Assembly: GCF_006345805.1 (NCBI RefSeq)
Contig: NC_042999.1
Span: 54,808,001 to 54,872,000 of the forward strand
Length of the DNA stretch: 64,000 nt
Origin: Octopus sinensis
Taxonomy: Eukaryota
Direction of reading: 5' to 3'
Within the stretch, counting starts at the first letter, position 1. The number at the start of each line of letters is the position of its first letter. Shown in pieces: positions 38,367 through 52,269 of this stretch. The notes beneath the pieces are model-generated. The model was not told the origin of the DNA and ran no database searches. It worked only from the letters and a program-made list of their open reading frames with translations. The translations under genes and the position numbers were made by a program.

Positions 38367-38746
38367 TGGAAGCGCAATGGCCCAGTGGTTAGGGCAGCGG
38401 ACTCGCGGTCGTAGGATCGCGGTTTCGATTCCCTGGCTGGGCGTTGTGAGTGTTTATTGAGCAAAAACACCTAAAGCTCCACGAGGCTCCGGCAGGGATG
38501 GTGGTGATCCCTGCTGTACTCTTTCACCACAACTTTCTCTCACTCTTACTTCCTGTTTCTGTTGTACCTCTATTTCAAAGGACCGGCCTTGTCACTCTCT
38601 GTCTCACGCTGAATATCCCCGAGAACTACGTTAAGGGTACACGTGCCTGTGGAGTGCTCAGCCACTTACACGTTAATTTCACGAGCAGGCTGTTCCGTTG
38701 ATCGGATCAACCGGAACCCTCGTCGTCGTAACCGACGGAGTGCTTC
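38367..38746 (+). mobile_element. SINE family A, long subfamily
   Basis: GGCCCAGTGGTTAGG..GGTTTCGATTCC head and family A tail. Shorter family A copies lie at about 27690-27858 (-), 45202-45345 (+), 55435-55583 (+) and 63079-63225 (+). Confidence 0.8.
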
Positions 38747-39614
38747 CATCCAGATGCAAGTACTTATACAGATACTCAGACACAGACACACACGCACACA
38801 CCACATGCACCCGCGAACTCTCACGCGCACCACTTACGTATATACATAACATTCACACCTACACATACTCGCAAACATACACGTACACATGCATTCTCTT
38901 CAACAGACCTACCACACATACACACACACACACACAGATTAAAAGTACTTCCTCACCATCTCTTCCCTCGCCACACCCACACTCACCCCGTCCCCCCTGG
39001 CTACCAAACAATCAAAGAATGATTCAGAAGTGACCCGAGTTCTTTACCTTACAATGAACATTAATTAAACTAATTAAGCAACTCCATCGTGGCGGCGGCA
39101 GTGGTTGGCGGGTGGTGGCGGCGGACGTCGTTGTAACGGTGTGAGGCTGGCGAAGAAGGTGGTGATGGTGATGATTATGAACGGTTGGTACAGCTGATGG
39201 CGTTGTTGTTGTTGGTGGTGGTGGAGAGTTGTGATAGAGGAAGGGGTTGTAATGATGACGTGGGTGAGGAGAAAGAAGAAGGGGGGAGTTGTGTGAGCAG
39301 CATTTTGATGAGGGATTTCTGCTGCAGTTTGTAATTAAACAGATGGTGGAAGATGATGACAATTAAAGGGTTGTGTAGGGTGATGGTGGAGTACATCAAA
39401 AGGGCATTCACACACACACACACACACATACACACACAAACACACACACACACACACTTGTGTACTGTCTGTTTCAGCATCGTACCCTGGTTTCGTGGAA
39501 TTAATTAAGTTGCATTACTTTTCACCATTGCGCTGTGCATAATGGAACCGCGTGGCGATGTCAGTGTATACTACATACATACATTTATGAGTGAGGAGGG
39601 TGCACGCATGATTA

Positions 39615-39645
<31 letters not shown>

Positions 39646-39650
<5 letters not shown>

Positions 39651-39691
39651 TCTGACGAGGGCGAGCAAGCTGAAATTTCGAAGTCACTGTC
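39646..39691 (+). ncRNA. Partly degenerate minimal hammerhead motif (pLTR remnant)
   Basis: GAGAGT-CTGACGA-G-GGC-GAGCAA-GCT-GAAA-TTT-CG-AAG-TC^ACTGTC. A related, more decayed copy is at 17459-17498 and a 3' half at about 61127-61152. Confidence 0.5.
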
Positions 39692-39826
39692 AACCTTTTC
39701 CATGTGAAAACTTATGTATGTTCTCTACTAGTAAGAATCGAGTTTAATTTTAAATTATTTTAATATATAACTTGGCATAAAACAAATATATTTATATTTG
39801 TAACGGTATTGTTATGGTAATGGTTG

Positions 39827-40052
39827 CCAGGCGAACTGGCAAAAACGTTAGCTCGCCGGGCGAAATGCGTAGCCGTATTTCGTCTGTTGTTACGTTGTGA
39901 GTTCAAATTCCGCCGAGGTCAACTTTGCCTTTCATCCTTTCGGGGCCGATAAATAAAGTACCAATTACGCACTGGGGTCGATGTAATCGACTTAATCCCT
40001 TTGTATGTCCTTGTTTGTCCCCTCTATGTTTAGCCCCTTATGGGCAATAAAG
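39827..40052 (+). mobile_element. SINE family B, full length with GCCCCTTGTGGG-type tail
   Basis: Complete head-to-tail match. The mariner begins immediately after it. Confidence 0.8.
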
Positions 40053-40055
40053 ATA

Positions 40056-41308
40056 TATTGGGTTCCCGCCGTTTTTTTTAATCTAAATTTTTTCTATGGT
40101 TTAATAAAATATAACAACTAATTAATAATGTATTCACCCTTGTTGTTTACAACTTATTCCCAACGTTCAACAAGATTTTCAATACCTCGTTGGTAGAAAT
40201 CACCCGATTTTGACTCGAAAAATTGACCCAACCAAGCTCTCAATTCTACATCAGTTCTGAACGAAACTCCGCGCATAGCATTTGAAAGAGATCGAAAGAG
40301 GTGGAAATCCATTGGTGCCAAATCAGGAGAGTACGGCGGGTGTGGCAGCACTTCCCAGCCATGCGTTTGAATAGCTTCCTTGGTCATATTGACAATATGA
40401 GGGCAGGCATTGTCGTGCAGCAGAACTCCATGCTGCCGATTAGGTTTTTCTCTTGAATAGCCATGTTGAGTCGTTCCATCTGTTGAACATAGAGTTCTGC
40501 GTTGGCCGTTTGGTTCCGTTCAAGCAATTCGTAATGTATAATCCCTTTCCGATCCCACCATACACACAACATCGTTTTACGTGGATGAAGATTTTGTTTC
40601 ACGCCCGGTATCGCTTGTTTACCGGGGCTAAGTCATTCCTTATGCTGCTTCATATTGATGTAGAGGCACCATTTTTCGTCGCTAGTAACGATTCGGTAAA
40701 GAAATCGTTGCTTGTGTCCATGAGTTGAACGGTGACGGGCAAGCAAACCAGCGGAGATTGTAGCTCGTTGATTTTTGTTGTTGTCACTTAAAACATTCGG
40801 AACCCATGCGCCATACTTCTGAACTTTACTCATCGAGTGAAGATGCTTCTCTATATCAGTGTGGGAGCATTCCATTTTCTCTGCCAGTTCCCTTGTCGTT
40901 TGACGAGAATTTTCGTGCAAAAGTTGGTTTAATCGATCTTCATCGAACTCAACTGGACGACCAGAACGAGGTGCGTCTTTGAGGTCAAAATTTCCATTTT
41001 TGAACTTGGCATACCAATCACGAGTGGTGCTTTCAGCTATGGCACCCTCTCCATACACAGCACAAATGTCGCGAGCAGCTTTTGCGGTCTTATAAACTTG
41101 ATTAAAAGCAAAAAAGAGGTGTCGAAAATGGTCGTTTTTCTTAACTTGGCATTCCATTTTAATGATCTGAAAATAAACAAAAATTAACTAAAATTAACTA
41201 GAAAAAAAACCCAAAATATATTCCAAAATGATTCAAAAATATAATTCTCGAAACACATAGATTCCAAAATTTAAAAAAAACCGCGGGAACTTAATTGTCA
41301 ACCCAATA
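40056..41308 (-). mobile_element. Near full-length mariner (D,D34D) transposon, frameshifted
   Basis: HTH-PRSGRP, IVTSDEKW, LHDNA and SPDLAPMDFHLF motifs over three frames. The TIR TATTGGGTTGACAATTAAGTTCCCGCGG is intact at 41308, and the copy at 40056 has a 12-bp deletion. TA at both ends. Confidence 0.9.
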
Positions 41309-42014
41309 TGTTGGAGTTGGCAATTAGCATTTGTAACGAGTGTTGCTGTTGCAGATGTGGAAGATGAACGAAAAACAGAGATCGAAGTTGTAAAGAAATA
41401 TTTATTTACCGTTACTTTGTATATATCCGAAACCAAGACGGGTTGGTATGTATAATTAGTAAATGGAAAAGCATGCGAGGCAAAAAGAGTTAATTTTGGC
41501 CGGTATGTGTCTACACGTTCTCGTATTAATAATCCACAGATAGAGATAGAATGGTGATGTAAGAGAAAAGAAATTGAGCAAGTGAAAGTTATAGAGTCGA
41601 GGGAAGTTGTATCTCATAGATGGCTGATTGTAACTTTCTTTCTCCCTCTGGTCGTTTGTCTTCAGTGGCTGCCTGCCTGTGGCCATGACTAGTTGGTCTC
41701 TGTTCACTAACTGATTTTGCCTTACCAAATTCTAGTATTTATAACTATCCAAAACAAGCAAGAAGAAAAGACATATTGTTGAGAACTATAGATTTCGTTG
41801 GAGGTCTGTTATCTCTATTCTAGCTTTTGGTAGCCTAGAAGAGACTACAAGGGTCAAGTGGCAAAGACATTATTCTGCTTAGCGAAGGCATCTGGCAAAT
41901 GTAACTGCTGTCACTCACAGAAAATCTATTGTTTTACCGTGCGAAAAGTGCTGTTGAACTGTTAAGTGAATTTTGGCAATCGAGGATCGAATCCACGACA
42001 TACCTGCATGAAAC

Positions 42015-42127
<113 letters not shown>

Positions 42128-42415
42128 GAAATTTACAGAAAAACAAAAGACGAAGGCAGGTGTATGAACAACAAGCAAGTGTATTAGTTTGACACTCAAC
42201 AGAAAAGAATATGAGGAAATAAACAGTGAGAGAATAAAATAAACTTGTGGATTTGGCGACCAATCATGGCAACTACTTGAGAAAAAATACTTTGACAGGA
42301 GAGCTAGGGAGAATGGGAGTTAATAAAGTACTGGTGATCCCAAAATGAAAATGCGTGTGTGTGCATGTGAGTGTGTGTGGACAGGGGCTAGTGATTTTGA
42401 TATACATATGTATGT

Positions 42416-42584
42416 ATATATCATTTAATATACGCAGTATATCAAATAACAGCTACTAATAGTTTCTTGCCAAGTGGACACAGAGATAAGGCATATTATA
42501 AAAATTTGCTTAACCACGTGTCACTATGGCAAGAAACTATAAGTAGCTTTTATTTTGAATACAGCGTACATCAAATGATATTTA
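42416..42584. repeat. Foldback element, arms of about 66 bp and a loop of about 36 nt
   Basis: AGCTACTAATAGTTTCTTGCCA..GACAC pairs with GTGTC..TGGCAAGAAACTATAAGTAGCT, extending to ATATCATTT / AAATGATAT. Confidence 0.7.
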
Positions 42585-43012
42585 TCTCTCACCGGAAGGA
42601 GTGCATTTTTGTCGATCCTACCTTAACGGAACAGTAAACAATATGTGTGTGTGTATATATATATACACACACATATATACACGTTTATTAATTTGTGTTG
42701 CAAGATTCCTGATGTGAAACTGTGTGTTAAAACAGATATATATATATTTTTTTTTTTTTTTGACAAATGAACGCACGCACTATATATTCGTTTATTACTG
42801 TTCTTATTCTAACTCATGTCCATTGTCCGAAAATCTTTCGTCACACGTCTGTGACCTCTTCGGCGACACTTTCCGTCCTCGTTAGAATAAGAAGGGTAAT
42901 AAACGAGTGAAGAACGAATATAGAGTGCGTGTGTTTATTTGTCAAAAACAAAAAAAGAGAAATGACCTTCACGAAATACAACAATGTGTGTAGTGGCTAC
43001 TACAGTTTCCTA

Positions 43013-43243
43013 TTTCTTTACTACCCACAAGGGGCTAAACACAGAGAGGACAAACCAGGACAGACAAACGGATTAAGTCGATTATATCGGCCCCAGTGCG
43101 TAACTGGTACTTATTTAATCCACCCCGAAAGGATGAAAGGCAAAGTCGACCTCGGCGGAATTTGAACTCAGAACGTAGCGGCAGACGAAATACCACTAAG
43201 CATTTCGCCTGGCGTGCTAACGTTTCTGCCAGCTTGCCGTCTT
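43013..43243 (-). mobile_element. SINE family B
   Basis: Near-intact reverse complement copy. Confidence 0.8.
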
Positions 43244-44329
43244 AAACTGGCTACTACAGTTTCCATCAACCAAATTCCTTTATTGAGCATTGGTTGGCCC
43301 GGGGTTATGGTAGAAGATACTTCTCTAGATGGGAGTGAACCAGAATCCACGTGCTACAAAACGAGCTTCTTAAATACACAGCCATGCTTACATTTCACGT
43401 TCTTCTGTGTTGCCGATTAAAAGAAGAAAAAAAATGAACGTAAAGTTTGCATGTGATAGCTGTTACATTTAGTCGTTTGTATGAGTGGGTGGGGGGGTCA
43501 ACTTTCAAGAGTTCTAATGCAAGACTCCGTTATGGTGAGATGACGTTACAGTGATGTCATCAGTACACGAGGTAATGTGTGACAATGCGTGCGGTGGCTG
43601 GTTATGGAGGTATTAACTTCAAACAATAGGTGAGAGGTCAGAAGCATGCGTTAATGTCCCATAATAGACATTAAATATCTTATTATACATTCTCTCTTTC
43701 TCTCTCTCCCTCCCTCTCTCTCTCTCCCTCTCTCTCTCTCTATATATATATATAGTATTTTGTATGTGTTGAATTAAATATTTACTATTTTTCTGTATAA
43801 AGCCTTTTGCTGAGAATAAAGTCAAAACGCCGAACCAACGCCGAAGAGTTATAAAATAATGCTTGCACGTTTTAGCTCAGTTTCTAGAAAATGGGTCAGT
43901 CGATCACACCGCCCCCAGTTCTTGTCTGATACTAATTTTATCAACTCCACCAAAATTTTAACGTAATGCCAGCAATTTTGGGGGGGGGGCTGGGGGCGAG
44001 GGAGTTAGTCGATTACATTGACCACACGGCTTGACTGGTACTTTTTCGAAAGGATGAAAACAAAGTCCGCCTCGGCGGGATTTGAACTCAGAACGAAAAG
44101 ACGGACGAAATGCTTCGCAACAATTTCGGGGGACGGAAGTAAGTCGATTAAATATCTCCCCACCCCCTCCCTCGGGCTCAATTGACACTTATTCAATCAA
44201 CCCCGAAATGAGGAAAAGAGAAGACGGCCTCAGCAGAATTCGAACTCAGAGCCTGAAGTCAGACGAGTTTGTTGTTAATATCGCTAATCATTCTGTATAT
44301 AATTATACTGCTTGTTCTTGTTAATGTTG

Positions 44330-44720
44330 CCGATTATCAGTCATTTGACTACGGCCATGCTGGAGCACTACCTTTAGTCGAGCAAATCGACCTCAGGACT
44401 TATTCTTTGTAATTCTAGTACTTATTCTATCGGTATCTTTTGCCGGGCCGCTAAGTTACGGGGACGTAAACACACCAGCATCGGTTGTCAACCGATATGG
44501 TGGGGGACAAACAGACACACAAACACACGCACATACATGCATACATATCTATATACGACTGGCTTCTTTCAGTTTCCGTCTACCAAATCCACTCACAAGA
44601 CTTTGGTCAGTCCTAGGCTATAACAGAAGACACTTGCTCAAGCTGCCACGCAGTGGGACTGAACCCTGAACCATGTGGTTGGTAAGCAAGATACTTACCA
44701 CACAGCCACTCCTGTGCCTA
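44330..44720 (-). mobile_element. SINE family C
   Basis: Near full-length reverse complement. Other - copies lie at about 5165-5585, 31310-31672, 46760-47142 and 49050-49335. Confidence 0.8.
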
Positions 44721-45499
44721 TAAGTTTGATTACTTTTTAATATTGTTAATTACACTCTATGTAATTTTATCTCTTGTTTGTTAATTACAGACTTTTACCA
44801 TTCTTTTGCGATTTCTGTGATTTACAATTCTCTGCAAGTTTTCCTCATTAATTCTATTCATGTTTCTACTTCCTTGTTTAAATTGCAAAGTGTTCCCTTT
44901 AATCCTGTTCCGCGTCCTATTTGTATGTTTGCAGTTTCCATCTTTTTTCATTTTTTTTTTCTTTTCTTTTCTGTCAGGTTGTCTATTTCAGTTGCGTATT
45001 TGAGGTCGTATTGTTTTACATTGCCTTCTAGAATATGTTTTAGAATTTTCTGCAAGTATTTTATGGAATATGTATACAATGGGGTTTTATAGCATTGATG
45101 AAGTCTGCGGAATGTAATTCTGTCTTAGTATTCCTGATTCTACCTGTTTTTTTTTTTTTTGAAAAGTGATTTTATTTTGCGCATTGATGTACCAGTAGTG
45201 GAGGCGCAGTGGTTTAGTGGTTAAGGCGTTGGTTTCACGATCATAAGGCCGTGAGTTTGATTCCAGGACTAGTTAGTGCGTTGTCTCCTTGAGCAAGGCA
45301 CTTCATTTCACATTGCTCCTGTCTACTCTGCTGAAAATGAGCACCAGCCTCATGTCAGTGCAGTTTTCTCTCTCCCTCCAAGTGTCACAGCCTCTATGTT
45401 CCGCTGGTTCAGGGTGGGAGGGTAGTAAGGGTGTCTATGCTTTCTCATGTCTGCACAGACGCCTATAACAATAAGCGAAAGCAAGGTACATGTTATACC

Positions 45500-45718
45500 T
45501 ATTTCTTTACTACCCACAAGGGGCTAAACACAGAAGGGACAAACAAGGACAGACAAAGGTATTAAGTCGATTATATCGACCCCAGTGCGTAACTGGTACT
45601 TAATTTATCGACCCCGAAAGGATGAAAGGCAAAGTCGATCTCGGCGGAATTTGAACTCAGAACGTAACGGCAGACGAAATACCGCTAAGCATTTTGCCCG
45701 GTACGCTAACGTTTCTGC
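45500..45718 (-). mobile_element. SINE family B
   Basis: Near-intact reverse complement copy. Confidence 0.8.
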
Positions 45719-46279
45719 TATACCGTCGTACATACTATGAACCATCACTCGCTCGCGTGACAGCTGTGGTTAATACGACAGCGTGTTGTGATGATGTTGT
45801 TGAGATGGACATAACATACCCGGGGTAAAATTTGCTATACGATTCTGTTGGTTAAGAACGCGAGTAGAAAATGGTATCTAAAGTGAAGTTTGTAAAAGTG
45901 TTATTAGGAGTCTATTGTGTTCCTTCAGGTATTATCTGTATTGTTTTTCAGCCAGGATGTGTTATGTTGGTTGTCCCTCTTAATGAGTGTGCTTGCTCAA
46001 GTTTTACGATAGTATGATTGACATACGTAATTTGGTGAGACACTTAGGAGGGTGATTATTATGTGTGTGTGTGTGTGAAAATAAGTGATCATAATACACT
46101 GGATTATAAAAACCCTTGGGTGAGAAAAGACAGACAGCCACCCGCATGACTCGAACACGCATCTACCGTAATACAGTGTATCACGAGGTTTTATTTATAA
46201 TTGCATTCGTATTCAAGATACTCCATAAGCCACTGTTTTCGCTTTTATCGATGCATTTAAAAATTAAGATTGCGCGTGT

Positions 46280-46320
<41 letters not shown>

Positions 46321-46955
46321 AACGTGAGTTATGTATTCTTTCATATACCCATGATACATATATGCCCGAATGTATGTACATACTTGTTTGCTTGTGTGTG
46401 TATGCGAATGTATAAATATATATGTGTATACACACACACACACCATACACACGCACTCGTATGTATGTATGTATGTATGTGTGTGCGATGTTACCGTATT
46501 TCGTGCTGACTTTCTCTTGAACGCTCCCATTTTCTGAGCGTTGCCATGTCTTATTAGTGCTGTTTATGTCACATGTGGAATGTGTGTACAAGTTGTATAT
46601 GATTGATTTCTGTGTATGTTATGAAAGCCGCCTCATATTCTGGGTCTGTTCTGCTCTCTCTGATGTAGTTTACAATTTCTCTTGTCTTTTGTTAAGATAT
46701 CATTTCATTTCTTATTTCAAGCAAATGTAAATATCGAGTATTCTTATTCTTTTTTTTTTTCTTTTACTTGTTTCAGTCATTTGACTGCGGTCATGCTGGA
46801 GCACCGCCTTTAGTCGAGCAAATCGACCCCAACACTTTGTGAGCCTAGTACTTATCCTATCTCGCTCTTTTACCGAACCGCTAAATTAAGGAGACATAAA
46901 CACACCACCATCGGTTGTCAAGCGATGGTGGGGGAACAAAATATATACCCACATG

Positions 46956-47002
<47 letters not shown>

Positions 47003-47682
47003 GATGGGCTTCTTTCAGTTTCCGTCTACCAAATCCACTCGCAAAGCTTTGGTGGGCACGAGGCTATAGCAGAAGACACTTGCCCAAGGTGTCATGCAGT
47101 GGTTGGTAATCAAGCTACTTACCACACAGCCACTCCTGCGCCTTTATATACATTTCTTTTGTTGATAGTGTTTGGTTGCATTGCAGTATGTTTGCTATTT
47201 TTGTCTTCTGCTGATCTGCTATTCTTTATCCCTGGTGTGTCTTGCTTACGTAATGGCTCTTCTGTTGTGTATTTTGTGGCCGAAATAATCCCAATTTGTT
47301 TTATAGAGTTGCTTTTTCTATATAGATTTTTATTGTTGTGTTGTCGGCATGAGGCTGTAGTAGAAGACACTTCCCCTCGGTGCCATACGGTGGGACTCAG
47401 CCCGGAAGCATGTTGGTGGAAAGCGGCTTCTTACCACACAGCCATGCCTGCGCCTAATAATAATAATAATAATAATTAATAATAACAATAATCTATTCTA
47501 TTCTAGGCACAAGGCCCGAAATTTTGGGGGAGGGGGCCAGTCGATTAGATCGACCCCAGTATGCAACTGGTACTTAATTTATCGTCCTCAGCTAAATTTG
47601 AACTCAGAACGAAAAAACAGACGAAATACCTCTAAGCATTTCGCCCGGCGTGCTAACGATTCCGCCAGCTCGCCTCCTTAAA

Positions 47683-48071
47683 TATTAGGTTGTCGATAAA
47701 GTTCCTCCGGAATTTTTAATTTTGGTTTTAAATGATGTATTTTCAAATTAATTTTCGTTTGATTACTTTGACTTTAATATATCATTTTAAAGCCCGTTTT
47801 TCGGTCTATCGAATCCTGCTACTCTTTTTTCTTTTTGAATAATTTGGCCATTTTTTGGGGACATTGAATACATGGACAAAAGGCAAATTCGCACAATTTT
47901 CTTATTCCAGTTCAAGCTGGACCGAAAAGCTGCTGAAACAGCTCGCGATATCAACGATGCGTTTGGCCCAGGAACCATTAATGAACGTACCGCACATGGT
48001 GGTTCAAGAAATTTCGTAGCGGTGACGAAAGTCTTGAAGATGATAAGCGTAGTGGTCGGCCATCGGATGTT
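47683..48071 (+). mobile_element. Mariner 5' fragment (TIR plus N-terminal HTH)
   Basis: TA-TTAGGTTGTCGATAAAGTTCC TIR. ATG at 47872 gives MDKRQIRTIFLFQFKLDRKAAETARDINDAFGPGTINERTA, then after a frameshift WFKKFRSGDESLEDDKRSGRPSDV, where it is truncated. Confidence 0.85.
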
Positions 48072-50189
48072 TATTTCCTGTTGGTGATGGTGACGCCGAC
48101 GACGACGACTTTGTTGTTGTTGTTGTTGTTCTTGTTGTTGCTGTTGTTGTTGTTGTTGTTGATGATGATGATGATGGCTCCGCCGCCGCCACAATCTCTT
48201 TCCATGTTTGTTGGAGGTTGAGTGCGAAAGCCAATTTCGCCTTTAAGACTGCCTCTCACAATCCTCTCTTCTTCGTTTTGCAAAAGAGACACCGCCATAT
48301 TGAATATTTCACCCTCCAGAGCAGATGACAATGACTTTTGCCCACACTTTTATGATCTGCTCAAGTTAATGACACATTATGCAACAAGAGGGGAAATAAA
48401 AATAGATTTATAACAATGAAAACAATTGGATAACACACACACACACAGCACTCGTAACACGTGTAGTCCTTACGACAAACAACAACAATAATCCTTTCTA
48501 GTAAAAGCACAAGGTCTGAAATTTTGGGGGAGTGGGTAAGTCGAGTAGGTCGACCCCAATACGTAACTGGTACTTATATCATCGACCCCCAAAAGGATGA
48601 AAAGCAAAGTCGACCTCGGCGGAATTTAAGGACAGGCGAAATGTCGCACAAGCATTTTGCCTGGCGTGCTAACGATTCTTATTTCTTCATTGCCCACAAG
48701 GGGCTAACTCAGAACATAGCGGCAAACGAAACACCGCTAAACATTTCGCCCGGCGTGCTAACGTTTCTGCCAGCTCGCCGTCTTAAATAATAATAATAAT
48801 AATACTTTTACCAAAAAATGAGGAAACTGCATTCATTATGAATATGTGTTTGTGTTTGTGTGTGCGTAGTTACTCAACGGAACTGCGTAATTGACACCGA
48901 GGGAATATCGCCTTCACTTATAAAATCGTTATTTACCCTTAAGTCCTCCCTAATCGAGTAAGCTCAAGATGAAAGGCATTCCGTCATTTTAGGCACAGTA
49001 TATCCAGGAATACACTATCTTAATGTTCTTTTGCTTTTTTAAGAAGTACTCTTTTACTTGTTTCAGTCATTTGAATGTGGCCATGCAGGAGCACCGCCTT
49101 TAGTCGAGCAAATCGACCCCAGGACTTATTCTTTGTAAGCCTAGTACTTATTGTATCGGTCTCTTTTACTGAACCTCTAAGTCACGGGGACGTAAACACT
49201 CCAGCATCGGTTGTCAAGCAATGTTAGGGGGACAAACACAGACACGCAAACATATAAACAAACATACACACACATATATATATACATATATACAACGGGC
49301 TTCTTTCGGTTTCCGTCTACCAAATCCACTCGCGAAGGACTTACCACTTGTCTTGATGTATGCATTTGTGCATGTGAGCATATGTTTGTGTGTATATGTA
49401 TGCCACCGACTACCAGTGCTCACAGTGGGAGAAGTCCGAAACGTGGTCCTTTGCTATTCGTAAGACCCGCAGAAGAGAGAGCATCGACGGATGGATGAAT
49501 GCGCATCCAGGCTCAGCAGTTGCATAGGAAGTCAGGGACAAGAAACACGAAGAAAGAGTGAGAGAAAGTTGGAGCGAAAGTGTACAACAGGGGTCGCCAC
49601 CATCCCCTGCCGGAGCCTCGTGGAGCTTTAGGTGTTTTCGCTCAATAAACACACACAACGCCCGGTCTGGGAATCGAAACCGCGATCCTCCGACCACGAG
49701 TCCGCTGCCCTAACTACTGGGCCATTGCGTCTCCGCTTGTTGCTGCTGTCGGCGATGGTGGTAACGATGATGCGAAACAGAACGAGTAATTCAGTAAATA
49801 CATATTCACGGTTGGTTGGTGATGGCACTCCCAAAAGACAGACAGAAATGTAATTATATGAAACGTGTTAAACAGTGTGAAACTTGTGGCTACAGAAAAA
49901 GCATTTCAGTAGAAATAATGTTTTTTGAGGGCAGTACGGTACAGAGGGCCTAATGAATGAAGCTGGGGTCACCCATTCACCTTTCAGCCTGTTATACCCA
50001 TCCATCATTACTTTTGATAAAATTAGGTGGAGATAAAAGGGAAATAGAAGGAAACCCTAACCCCTCATAACCACCCCTTTTTTGACTGGTTTTGAAGTTC
50101 TGAAGGATGGACATGGACAATATATAATTAGGGGTTTACCTTGAAGGTACAGAATGATACCTGGTAATAGAAACCACTGAAATGATTGA

Positions 50190-50256
<67 letters not shown>

Positions 50257-51529
50257 ACATTGTGTGCGTGTATATGTGTTCATATATATTTAAACATATG
50301 TCTGTGTGTGTATATATTTATATACTCACACACACACTTGTAAATAAACATACATATATCTATATTTATATACATATCTGTTTGTGCATAAATATGTGTG
50401 TGTGTATATATGAACGTTAGTTGGAAAGAAATGCCTCGATAGAGCGTACTACATGTTGTGTACCAGATAGAATAGTGTCTGTCATATGTAGCGTAATCAG
50501 TGGGAAAACTTCAATCAATTGGAATAATCTTGGCAATATACAAGACAAAATATATCACACCTTTATTAAAAATAACGTTAATGTAAGTTAGAGTTGCACC
50601 CAAAATTTGCTGCCTCCGTTGCCACAAATACAAACAAACAATGCACTTCTTTCTGAAATTGCAGTAAAAGAAAGGCCCTTTAAACGGTATGTGTCATTCT
50701 AAAGCTTTTCTAAGCTAAGGTCTTTCTTTAAAATAACAGTGAAACAAAAGTCCTGCATTGGCTTTACTGAAATCCTCTTTAAAAGTACATTCTCGCCCCG
50801 TGTACATACATTCAAATTTATAGCAAGACGTTTCGACACTTCGTTGTCCAAATATATCTGGAGTTTAACAATTCTATACTCGCTCGAACAATTATATAAC
50901 AATTATATAATCGATTGAATTCAAACACAGTCGTATTCTTCGATATTTTGGTTCAACCATTATTGTTCCTTTTCCCCCAATTTCCATATACAATATGATA
51001 CAATCCTTTCTATTATAAGCAGTAGGTCTGAAATTTTAGGAGCGGGAGATAGTCGATTACATCGACCCTAGTGCATAACTGGTACTTAATTTATCGATCC
51101 TGAAAGGGATGAAAGGCAAAGTCGACCTCGGCTGAATTTGAACACAGAACGTAGCGACGGATGAAATATCGCTAAGCATTTCATCCGGTGTGCTAACGAT
51201 TCTGCCAGCTCGCCGCCTTATTGTAACGACAGTATATATTACGCTACAATATTCTACACACAGGTACACATCTACACCCGCTAAGAGTGGTCTGGTTGTT
51301 CCCTTTCTCCTTATATGGAAATAGTAACTGCGTAGTTCTCCAAGCCAACCTGTTTGAACAGCCATAAGTTCAAGAGTATTCCATTTGTGACCATCCCGTC
51401 TTTTCCACGTATCAGGAAACGCAGAATCACATAGTGATTTTTCTAAGATGGTGGTTTGTAATGAGGGAGATTTGGTTACTATTTCAACCAGGTCTAGAGA
51501 CCACCTTGTTGTTACATAAGGATTTCGAA

Positions 51530-51962
51530 ACTGAGAATGGTTGTGGCGGTGACGGATGGTGGTGCTGGTGGTGATGTAAATGACCTTCATGGTGGTGTAG
51601 TAGAAATAGCGGCGATGGTGATGCTGGAGATGGTGATGGTGTTATCTATGATAATGGTAATGGTGAAGCGGTATATAACTATAAATGATGATGATGGTGG
51701 TGGTGGTGGTTGCGATGGTATTGCTCTGGCGGTGGTAGAGATGATGCTATGACAGCGGTGGTAGCGGCGAAGGTATGAGGGTGGTAGTTGTGATGGGGGA
51801 TGCCGGCAATGGTGGTAATTGTATGTTGGTGCGATGGTGGTGATGATGATGATAACGGTGCTGATGACGAAAAGGATGGTAGGCTTGGTAGTGCTGGTGG
51901 TGCTGGTGGCGGCGGCGGCGGCTGCTGCTGCTGCTGTTGTTGTTGTTGTTGTTTTCATGATG
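51530..51962. repeat. Degenerate (GGT/GAT/GCT/GTT)n trinucleotide region
   Basis: Low-complexity GTG/ATG-rich sequence. Similar G-rich blocks lie at about 39085-39400 and 62560-62930. Confidence 0.8.
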
Positions 51963-52269
51963 AGATATCTTACCACAGGACAATAATTTGATTCTTATTC
52001 AAAACATGACTAATGTCCGGCTCAGCTTCCACAAACATAACCTCACCCTTTTGGCATACACACACACACGCACACGTGCGCATACATACATACGTATACA
52101 CATACAATCACACAAACACACATGCACATATGTACATGCACACATATACACGCTTACACACACACACATTATCGTTTTAACGTTCACTTTTGCATGCTCG
52201 CATGGGTTGGGTGTAATTCGTTGAGGTAGATATTCTGCGCCGAGATGCCCTCGTCGTCGCCAGCCCCAT

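Noticed and set aside
47787-48234. Poly-Q/poly-H ORF resembling a transcription factor
   Set aside because: It is the antisense of a mariner 5' fragment plus (GTT)n/(GAT)n repeats, with no domain or splice support.
51057-51991. ORFs of 129-177 aa with T/A/H/G runs
   Set aside because: They derive from SINE B plus degenerate trinucleotide repeats.
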